NCBI GenBank assembly: GCA_964304625.1
Contig: OZ199838.1
Location: 13,617,002-13,681,001 of the forward strand
Direction of reading: 5' to 3'
Source: Kudoa neothunni
Taxonomy: Eukaryota > Animalia > Cnidaria
DNA length: 64,000 nucleotides
Under the pieces are notes generated by a model that was not told the DNA's origin, did not search any database, and saw nothing but the letters and a program-made list of their open reading frames with translations. How positions within the stretch are numbered: the first letter of the stretch is position 1; every line of letters begins with the position of its first letter. Made by a program: the position numbers and the translations under genes. Positions 54,090 through 64,000 of the stretch are shown piece after piece.

Positions 54090-54881
54090 TTTAGGGGATT
54101 TTTTTCTTTTTATTGCACCCCGAATTGATTCGATACGGTTGGTATGCACACGTTACCGTGTCTTATGTTCAAACGAGTGATTTACCGTCTCATGACTATA
54201 GTAAACAGCACCAAAGTTGTTGTAACTAGCCCAGCGATCTGTCCAGAGTATTGACATTGAATCAGGATGAACATTTTGAATTTTTATATGCTCAAGTGTA
54301 GGTTGATTTCGAATGATGGTTAGCATTTGAAATATATTATCATATGAGTCTATACCATCAACGATCCATATGTTTTGATTTACCAAAACTCTTCCTCGGT
54401 GATACTTACGTTTGCAAATCTATGATTCATCAATTTGTACTACCACTGCATGTCTTCCGATTGTTTCATTATGTAAATCAAAGTAGTTGAAATAAACTTC
54501 TCTGATAAAATTCCACCAGTCACAAACTATACTGCCGGAACCTATTTACAGTTGTTTCGACAGCTGTGGATACGACATGTGGATGTCATTGATTTATATA
54601 CATATCAATGCAAAGATTTGCCGTAATGTTGGTTTGGAACCCTCAAAAAATGCTCCTCGGTAACGGTAAAGTATGTGACTCCAGAAAAACACCATCTTGC
54701 GTACGTTTTTTCTCGCTTTTTCTTTTACGATTATCAATAATAAATCAAAAGAATATTGAATGCAAATATTGAGCTCAAATAAATTACTTCTAAATTTACG
54801 CCTAATTCCTGTCGACTACAGTCGAATACACGTGTCATCTACATCGTTTTGCAATAAACACCGAAAATAGCTTATTATTTG
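54090..54881 (-). mobile_element. Merlin / ISXO2 (IS1595-like) DDE transposase relic 1
   Basis: VVVQIDES*ICKRKYHRGRVLVNQNIWIVDGID...LWTDRWASYN...HETVNHS..VHTNRIES motifs, with stops and frameshifts. Confidence 0.85.
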
Positions 54882-55504
54882 CGCTTATTTTGTGCCAATT
54901 AATGTATTACTACCATTATTTAAATTTTCTTAAGCCTTACATACCAAATTTAGCGTAGTAAACCTTCTAAATAAGCTTATCTAATATTAAGAAATAATGT
55001 GTCATCTATCTTTATTTCTAAATGTCAAATTAACTTTTAAAACGTTTAGTCACGTCTATAATTGTTTATTTTAGTATATAATTTAGCTTAGAAAATAAAT
55101 AATTTAATTTTAGTTTATTTTTTTATGTCCAAATTATTCTTTGCAACAACTGCTATGCCATGAACGCGCAGCTGAAGTGTTGTGCAATATATTGACCTTA
55201 TGACCAGTTGTATGAAAATTCATACGTTCAAATTTTCTTACAAATTTTAATGTAGCACTTTCTATATGAATATTTATTTTATTCACTAATATTTTTACCC
55301 AATTTTAATATTCCAATGAATGTAACTATTAAACGTATTCATTTAAAATAAATTGGAATCAACCTGATTTATTTTTACTCGAAAAATTTAATATAAAATT
55401 TATTATTTACATATCCAACTTCCAATATAAAATTTCTAATTATACGTCCTCTGACATTTATTACAACACATGAAAACGCATTTATATAAAATATGATAGA
55501 CTTA

Positions 55505-56490
55505 TTAATAACCACATTTGTATAGTAACATAATTTTTGTTAGTATATTATTTAAAAGTTGAAATTTTTCTCCCATAATTGATCGAAACCATTCTTCGCA
55601 CAAATATTCGGGCACATTATGGAATGAAACACCCAGTTTGATTCGGAGAAACTTTGTTTTAAGTCTCCCCCAACAAGCTTCTATGATGTTTGTATGGGGC
55701 ACCGTCTCTGACATATTCAATTGAGTGATTGATTTTTATATGCCTGTAACCAAGTGAATTCAGGTTACTACAGGCTTCACCATTCATCACGACAAATGAT
55801 AGATCCTTTAAGAACCTCATTTTGGATGATTGGAATAAGAGTTCCCCGGTCACTTTTCTGGACGTAGAAATAACGGACTTCCCATGAGTTGCCTTTTCCC
55901 GTCGTCGCATATCTTACAAAGACAAAGTCCGAAAACCCAAGGGCCGTCTACACGATCTCCATATCTCTCCCGTCTCTTTCTCGTGTTTCCTATATTCAAT
56001 TATGAGGCAAAACACTGTGATAAATAACCATCAATAATTTCATCCGAATATTCGACCTCGGATGGAGAATATCCGCTATCACTCATATCATCATTTCCTG
56101 TTGCGTCATATAGTCAGTGGAAGTGGCTAGAATCTGAGTTGATAGAGATTACTACTTGGTACAATAAATTCTTTATCTGATGAAACTTTTCATTTGTCCC
56201 CATTTAAATATCTCACCCGATTATTCTTCCTCTTGCCGTGAAGAAGAGTCTCGTCAATTTCGATGACGTAATCTTCTCCACCAAATTTTTGTCGCTCCTC
56301 CAAACTTGGTACGCATATTTTTCTAATCTTGTGGAACCATAAAAAAGTGGTAGGTTTGGGAAATATTTATTATCTTACCGGTCGACATAATGGTATTGTC
56401 CATCGACCAGTAATAAAGTATTTTAAATATTTTTGTTATCGTTAATTTTGTTGTTGAGGTAACGGAATCCATAACAGAGAAAAAGATACC
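55505..56490 (-). mobile_element. Merlin / ISXO2 transposase relic 2
   Basis: FGGEDYVIEIDETLLHGKRKNNR, GPWVFGL, LGYRHIKINHSIEYV, HTNIIEACWGRLK..YLCEEWFR across several frames. Confidence 0.82.
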
Positions 56491-56495
56491 GTTTC

Positions 56496-56521
56496 GGGGG
56501 GGGGGGGGGGGGGGGGGGGGG
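56496..56521 (+). repeat. G26 homopolymer
   Basis: 26 consecutive G read directly in a strongly AT-rich context. Confidence 0.9.
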
Positions 56522-56860
56522 AACACCAGTTTTACACCTTAATTACATTAAGTCGTTATTTCACAGAAGATAATTGCGTTTTACAGCTGTAAGTGAAGGA
56601 ATAACCAATGTTGTTTCTATCGTAACACGAAGTTTCGGTCCTTGGTCTCCTTACATTTATTTTTCTCTTTTTAAAATAAAGGTTGTAAAATTCAAACACC
56701 GGACAGCTTTTAGATAGTCCTTTGCTACTAAGGTGTAAAAACCTATCATGGTCATTAATTAAACAGAAAAAGTCATCGTCCCCTCTAATACTTAAAAAAC
56801 TCCATTATAGCGGGTTTCACGTGATAAATAAACGCAGACAAACTTGGTACCGTTGATAAT

Positions 56861-57087
56861 AAAAATAATAAGCTATTTTTCGGTGTTTATTGCAAAACGA
56901 TGTAGATGACACGTGTACCTGACTGTAGTCGAATAGGAATTAGGCGTAAATTTAGAAGTAATTTAGTTGAGCTCAATATTTGCAGTCAGTATTCTTTTGA
57001 TTTATTATTGATAATCGTAAAAGAAAAAACGAGAATTAAACGGACGCAAGATGGTGTTTTCCTGGATTCATATACTTTACCATTACC
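56861..57087 (+). repeat. Inverted copy of about 54659-54881 (5' part of Merlin relic 1)
   Basis: aaaataataagctatttttcggtgtttattgcaaaacgatgtagatgacacgtgta...caagatggtgtttt is the reverse complement of 54659-54881 with scattered substitutions. Confidence 0.88.
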
Positions 57088-57599
57088 CAATTATCTCATA
57101 TTCTCTTTCTAAGTATAAGTTTAAGTTTTTATACGAGTGATATTCGTTTTCTGTGTCATTCTTTATTTCAAAAAGCTGTTCTAACAAAAATCGTCGATAT
57201 TTTCGAAAGTAAATTCCATCGCGCTATAAACTCCGATTGATGCCGATGAACGACGTTGAATTCCACTGAACTGTAAATTAGTCGCAAGTACAATAGAACA
57301 TGTATCTTGACCTATAATAACATGCATTTTGATGCAGGTGTTTATAACATTTGATCGATGGATGGATTGCATTTTTTACAATTTTATTCTCTCTAGAGCA
57401 AACTTTTAAACAGCTAATATAGCTGCCTTATGAATAACTATTATAGGGACAATTTTTTGGGTCAATTGCGCAATAAAATAAGAAAATAATTTTGGGGTCA
57501 AAAATAACCGCGTGGGCACATACTGAATTTTTCGACGATTAAATCCTAATAACGATGACTACGGCAGGCTTGCTTAACTATCGAGCCTGAATACCACCA

Positions 57600-58554
57600 A
57601 TCTGTCGATGAGCAAATTATTCCTTTTAGAGCGAAATTGGGCTTTAAAATTTTTACGAGGAATAGCGCCGGTGGAATTACCCATGAATTTTACTTTGGGT
57701 CTGGAACTACATTAAATGTTAAAACATATACGGGGAATAAGTCGTCAGACATAGTGTTGAAGTTGTGTGAAACTTTGAATAGTTTTAAATATCATATATA
57801 CCATGATAATTGCTTTTCAAGTTTTAACTTTCATGAAAAACTTTTGGAGCCTGGTTACTTTTCTATCAGTACCATAAGAAAAACACGAATGACAAAGTGT
57901 CCTTTTAAAGCAGAAAAGGAGTTTAATAATCAACCTAGAGTAAGTTTTGAATATGGAATCTATTGTTTAAATAATTCAAAAATAAATCTCTGCTTATTGA
58001 ATGGATGGCTCATTCATCGCAGGCAGTGTAAACTAATCGATATAGATAGTGAAAAGATTATGGATCTTCAAAACTTTAAATTGGAGATAAGTGAACACCT
58101 AATGTTTTATTGCCAAAACATAGAACGTGTTAAAAAAAGGGATAGATTATCATCCACCAAAGTAACTGTCAACCAAAGTATTTCTTATTGCTTACGAACG
58201 TCCGATGGAATGTTTCATCATCCATAATATAGAAATGGGAAAAAGAGATGCAATTACTGTTCAATGTATTCTAGGATTTATTGCATAAAATAAAACTATA
58301 TAAAAACATCATTTTTGTCCTTATTTTCTTTATAAACATTAGTAGTGTGTTCGGTTTTTTTTTGCGCGCGCGTATTGATTCTTTTGCAATGTTGGGAGAC
58401 CGAGTGATGCCATATGGCAGCATGCATTTAACTTTTTTATTTTGGCACCGTCACACCCCAAATGTTACACATAATTTATTTTACTTTAAACATGTCGTAT
58501 ATGTTATCAAATATTTGTTTATTACAGCCATCAAACAAATCTCGGTGTAAAGGG
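57600..58554 (+). mobile_element. Internally deleted piggyBac (PGBD2/3-like) transposase relic with right terminus
   Basis: VDEQIIPF-like segment at about 57604; ORF 57637-58227 GFKIFTR..YHDNCFSSF..TIRKTRMTKCP..NGWLIHRR; Cys-rich tail remnant HHP..KKRCNYC; end AAAGGG-TTAA at 58549-58558. Confidence 0.8.
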
Positions 58555-59775
58555 TTAAAATGATGTAACTAACTTTAAGTAAAAAGTGATACCAACGAGA
58601 ATAATTCTAAATACGATGATTAGGTAGAAAATAACCAGCCGAATAAAAGAAGAAATAATATTAATATAAATATAATTTTCTCAAATGAATATTAGATATT
58701 AAGCGTTAAACACCTCAAAAGACATAACTGAATGAAATTTCTGAAGCATCCTCAACCAAGTTACTTGATAATGACTTGTCTGAAGACTTGAGCAATATGC
58801 AAAGTGACCAACAGATAGATAAGCACGAAATCGACGATAATTACTATATATAAAAAATCATAGGGAATTTTTTTATATAGATTTAAAATTTTCCTCGAAA
58901 ATATGAACAGTAGGGCGACCTAATGGTTGTAATCTAACAGTCATTGGATTTTCCAAAAAGCGAAGATGAACAATTTAAATTCATATAAAGTAAACAAACA
59001 ATAAAATATTCCATTAAATATTAATTTCATTTTCATTTTTTAGAACAGGAAAACAAGTTAAAAATCACAATTATTTGATCTTAAAACAGTTATAGCCACT
59101 TTTATAATAAAGTTGACTAAGTAAAATATTATTGCTAGTTTTTTCTCAATTTTGATTAAGAAAAGAAGATTGAATTGATAGAAAAAAATAAATACAGATA
59201 TGAATTCTTTAAGAAAATTACAACTTAATTAATGCATAATTAGCCAATTTAAAGGTAAAAAGTCGACAAATTTATTTTCTTGTGAAAATTTAATAACAAT
59301 AGTTTATTTATTGGTATACGTATTTGTGAAATTAAAATTTTGATAAAAGTGTTATTTTAAGAGATATTTTCATCCGTTGCAATAGCCAGTGTCTTAAATT
59401 CTACTTGTTCAAATGAAATCATAACATAATTCTAAGTATCTGGAATTTTTTAATTGTCCATCTTTTCAGCAATCTTATTTCATTAGTTTATACTAACATA
59501 ATTAGTTTGTAAATGCTTATTGTCACGAATTCCTATCTACTCAAATGTAAGTCACACGAAAAATTCGGTGTTTTAGTCTTACTTTTGTATATCTTTAAGT
59601 GCAACCTAATATTTTTAACATTTCTATAATACTTATCCGGAAGATTTAGTTCTATGAAAGTGATAATTCTGCTCACGAAAAATCCACCACGCTAAGGTTT
59701 ATTGTAGCTTTTCGAACCCCGAATTTAATTCAGTGACTGAAATTTTTTTTGCTCATTCTGTTAAATTTTAAATAA

Positions 59776-60823
59776 TCCTTTATATATATAAAAGAGGACT
59801 GTCGGTTTGTTTGTGTGTGTGTATGTATGCCCCTAAGTACGCATGTGCGGATAATTTTTTCCTTATAGAGAGCCATATAGAAAATTTTTATAAATTTGTG
59901 ATATTTAAAAAAATCGTTTAATTGTTGTCGGACTACGAAAGTTTCCAAAAAGTATTTATGAAATAGTGATTTTGTCGATTTAAAGTTTGTTTTTCGGATT
60001 AAATGAGTTCAACGATAGGATTAGCACTTGCTTATTTCATGGTTATGGTCGGTTGAAGTTAACTATCTTCTTTATATGCTCCATCATACGTTCATTAACT
60101 GCTTCTATCTATCTTTATATATAAGGTTGGAGTTTCTGTTTGAGTGTCTGTTTAAACACAATCCTTATTTGCGGAGTTTTAACGTATATGACTTGATAAG
60201 TATATTTTATAAGTTCTATTAATGGTTTTAAATGTGGTAAAAAATCTATATATGTTTCATAAATAACAAATTCGTGGAGGACGTTAAAGTTACGTTGATT
60301 AAAGCGTTATAATGGAAATACTGCGTTCATAGGTTTCATCAAATTGTCCGCTAAGTTTTACTTTATGTGATTAAATTCAATGCGGATGGTTGTACTTTTA
60401 TTTCACAAAATTATTTAAATTGTTTATGTTGAAATCGACGCAATTTGTAGTTGTTTATGATAAAAGCGCATGTATGTTTATGCCGAGTTAAACAATGCTA
60501 ATTTTAACAATATCGATTAATTTTCATAAGTTTTCTTCTATCTCTTTTATTTTTTCTATTTTTTTATCTCTTAAAAAGTTAGTGGTGCACCCAGTTACCG
60601 AGCCACGAAATTTTTAAATGGACGCCGGGATTGATACTTTCCTTCACAGAAATTATAATAATTTAAATTACATAATCCAAATCGTTATAGTAAGTTGATT
60701 AAAAATTTTTTAGTTATTTTGTTTCTATGGGTTAATTCGAGATTTCAATATATTTTTTGAATGCTATTAAAAAATGCCTCTAGGTGAAATCTTCCCCAAG
60801 CAACGCTGGGCAGTTCCAGCTAG
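59776..60823 (+). mobile_element. Non-autonomous Helitron, copy 2 (~1.05 kb)
   Basis: A|TCctttatatatat... to ...gcaacgctgggcagttccagCTAG|T. Collinear reverse complement of 25355-26406 with few differences. Confidence 0.9.
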
Positions 60824-60881
60824 TTTTATATAAAATACCCAAAAATTGGAGCGGTCATTTCAAAAATTAAAAAGATACACA

Positions 60882-61519
60882 CATGGTGCCAAACGGCAAC
60901 ATTGGGACGCGGCTTATTTCAATATGCGGGAGTGCGACTGTGCTTGTTTTTATGTTACTTTGTTTTTAACCAAGAAGTCACTCTTCCACCACCTTCACCA
61001 CCACCATCAGAAATGAAATATTAAATTATTGATTTCAATTTTAATAGTACAAAAAGCAGTTTCTGTTTTTATTGAGGCACAAATGAACACTGCACTTAAT
61101 GCAAATATGTTCAAATAATCTATCATTGAAGAATCGGTTGAAGTAAGTGAAACATTCAAATATAATATCTTCAATTTGTTCAAAATTATCAGTTGTTTAA
61201 ATATCGTTGTTTATTTAATTTTTCGCGTTCATTGTCTAGTTTAAACGGTAGTCATCCTACTCCCCATCACTAGAACTGTATTCGGATACAATATCATCAT
61301 ATTGACTATACGATATGGAATCCGATTCCAGTCCAACGTCTGATTTGTCCGCACCTGGTAAAAATATGATTTTTTAAAAGTCTGTTCTTTTTATTCCATT
61401 CTCCGATCTAGTCAGAATTCATTATAAAGAATATAAACACACTTAAATCGAGGACCGAACGTTGCCGTGTGACAACGCCCGCTATACCCGTTGGCCCTAT
61501 GTTGCCATTTGGCAACATG
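60882..61519. mobile_element. Eroded MITE-like element with ~24-bp imperfect inverted repeat
   Basis: catggtgccaaacggcaacattgg (60882) vs cctatgttgccatttggcaacatg (61496-61519). Resembles the tgccatatggca palindrome in the piggyBac relic at about 58407. Confidence 0.45.
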
Positions 61520-64000
61520 GATTAATCTATCCCTATATTATACATATCAAAACGTATTTTCATCTTAGATCCATTTTTAGAATAAAATTATTTAATACTA
61601 TATGTGCATATTTTTCAATTTTACTGAAACCTCAAAATTCCAAGTTCAATTACTGGCTACTTTTATCCTTTTGTTATATTTGCCGTGGAGTTAAATATTC
61701 ACCCGTATTGCTCTCGACATAAATCAAACAAATTTTCATAATTCATTTTTATGAAATCAAATAAACATTAACTATATTATTATAATAAAGATGGGTTTAA
61801 AAAATGTAATTAAATGGTTAAACACTCACAAAATTAAAATGTTGACATTTGGCCACATTAAGGTTCAATGGGCTAAGCTAACATATTAGATCATTTGGAG
61901 GGATTAATCTGTTTAATAATTTTACAGAGTTTTTTTATATAAGGTAGGTCTCACCGAGCTAGTTCAATTTTGAGACAATGATTTCCATGGCATTGTTACT
62001 AATACCATCAAATTATACTTAATTGAATTTCCATGATTTTTGAAATATCATTGTATAAAATTAATCGAATATTATCTTTGAATTGTATACCAAATTACAT
62101 TTATAACAGTGTAACGAATGATAACAATTTTAACATTGTTATGGGAAATTATTTCCTCAGAAATATCACAATAAACATTTAATAATTATTCGAAATTTTA
62201 TATAAAGGGGCGCAATTAATAATCAATTTTCCTACGCTACTCAATACTATACGATGACACACAATTTTCACACTAACAGCACATGAGTCCCACTGAAAAA
62301 GCTGCGATGTGTTCATAAACGGCCATTCGGTGGAAATCGTTATCAAATATTATCCCGAGTACGTGTGAAAATTTTTTATTATTCCATGGTTTACGGTCGA
62401 AAGTTGTGTTTAGCTATTGCTCATTTTGTGTGATAAGCCAGCAGCATCTATGATAGTTGAACTTCAACCTATACACCGTGTTAATTAAATCTTTGTTATG
62501 CGCACCACAAATGGAACATGATTGTCACCGCCCCTGGTATTAGTTTCCAGGCAGCAATTATAATAAAAATTGGTACATTTAATAAGTTTTTATGTAACTC
62601 TTATTTTCTTAATTGTTGTTAAACACTAAAACAATTATTACAATCAATAATCATTTATTTTACCCTATCAAACTTGACCACGGTTCTTCATCCTATCAAT
62701 TAAAGGATGTGCCCTAATCAGCGCCTGTCAAAACCACTAATATCTCACATTATTTCGTTGGCATACGACTGATCGTGTGGTTGATTGATTGATTGATTTT
62801 GTGCTCAGTTTCTCATTCTGAGTTATTATTAGGTAATTATCTATTTATCAATGAGGTTGTGTGTTGGTAGTACTGTTACAACTAATATTTGGTTGTCGTA
62901 TATGTGTTGTTATTTGCTGCAGCTATCGACCGTCCATTCATTTCTGATGTAATTTTGTTTTTTTCCAGGCTGTTTTTATCATTCTACAAACAAACAACTC
63001 TAAAAGTTTCACATCAATTACACTGGTTCACTGGATATTTTCACGCGATACAACCGACCCTAACTGCACGATCGCCTCTACTATTTCCAATTTCTATAGT
63101 TGGATATTCTGTGCTTAGTTTTTTACTATGAAAAAATATGTTAAAAAGAAAGTTTGCTCGCTGAAAAACGCCACCGCTGTTAGTAATGAGTGTGGTGATA
63201 TTTCCCATCCTTGCGAGGAAACCGCCGGTCAGCATATTAATCGTGCTACTCCATCTAATTCAAAAAATAAAGATTTCAAAAGAAAGGTAAACGATGTGTC
63301 ATTTATTCATTCAAATGTATCGCATTTTTCGCACGCATCCTTAACAATTAATACCCATTTTAATTTTCGGCGTGTTTTGTGCTTAATCTCTTAATTTCGT
63401 TTGTAATTTTTTAGCATGGCGCTCAATTCGAGTTTTCGTTGCGACTATCATTTTATCAATTAAGAGATCAATCCGTATTTGTGCATTGTGTTGTCTTTCT
63501 TATCAGTTAATGATAGAACTCGCTGTGAAAATTTCCAATTAAATAAAGAATTGCGGCGATTAAATCATTACTCAGCGATTTTGATTTCATTAGGGATACA
63601 TAATAAGTTAATCTCACTGGATGAATGGATGAGCGCACCGTGAAATGTGATATTGTGCTTAGCCTACTTCCCTTGTTAATTCTCCATGGGAGCATTCTTA
63701 AATCATACACTACTTAACAAATAAACCATTGGGGAATTTATAACTGTGCGGGATTCGATGTGGATTTTGTATAAAACTGATAATTTTGTGTAAATTGCCG
63801 AGATAATTAATAGATTTGTCCAGTGTTTTATTATCACCGCTTCTTAACTAATATTACGTTGACCCGGTGTTAAATATAAGTCACACATTGTTTGAAATTA
63901 ATCTACTGTGAAAAGGCTGCCACGATTTGATTCATTATTTAATTGATATTAATTGATTGCGCACATTTAATAATTACGTACCTAATGCTACAACTAGTGC

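Noticed and set aside
36661-56490. IS630-like and IS1595-like transposases as evidence of bacterial contamination or a prokaryotic system
   Set aside because: They are embedded among spliced animal genes, one contains introns, and both correspond to eukaryotic superfamilies (Tc1/mariner, Merlin).
56323-56526. ORF with a poly-proline run
   Set aside because: The prolines are just the G26 tract read on the minus strand.
62280-62560. STII..TVNH-like peptide suggesting another Merlin relic
   Set aside because: Too degenerate to support; no catalytic motifs or termini identified.

Overview
AT-rich animal genomic DNA with very short GT-AG introns (mostly about 30-60 nt). This compact architecture resembles a reduced parasitic genome such as a myxozoan cnidarian (inference only). 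All gene models were spliced and translated by hand. The left third (1.8-18.9 kb, minus strand) is a head-to-tail array of three highly diverged but apparently intact integrin beta genes. All three have lost canonical metal-ion ligands of the beta-I domain (MIDAS/ADMIDAS/SyMBS), each in a different way, and all have altered cytoplasmic tails. One has also shed cysteines in what look like disulfide pairs. Three housekeeping genes follow: TSR2 (22.0-22.6 kb, minus), WDR1/AIP1 (31.3-34.0 kb, plus) and BRIP1/FANCJ (48.6-53.0 kb, plus, with a probable C-terminal CxxC...CxxC module). Much of the rest is DNA-transposon material: a dead RepHel Helitron carrying nested insertions (a Tc1/IS630-like element, a non-autonomous Helitron and a small inverted-repeat element), a second Tc1-like element whose transposase holds two host-sized mini-introns, two inverted near-identical copies of a 1.05-kb non-autonomous Helitron, piggyBac and hAT MITEs and relics, two Merlin/ISXO2 transposase relics, and a G26 tract. 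No rRNA, tRNA or CRISPR array was recognised.
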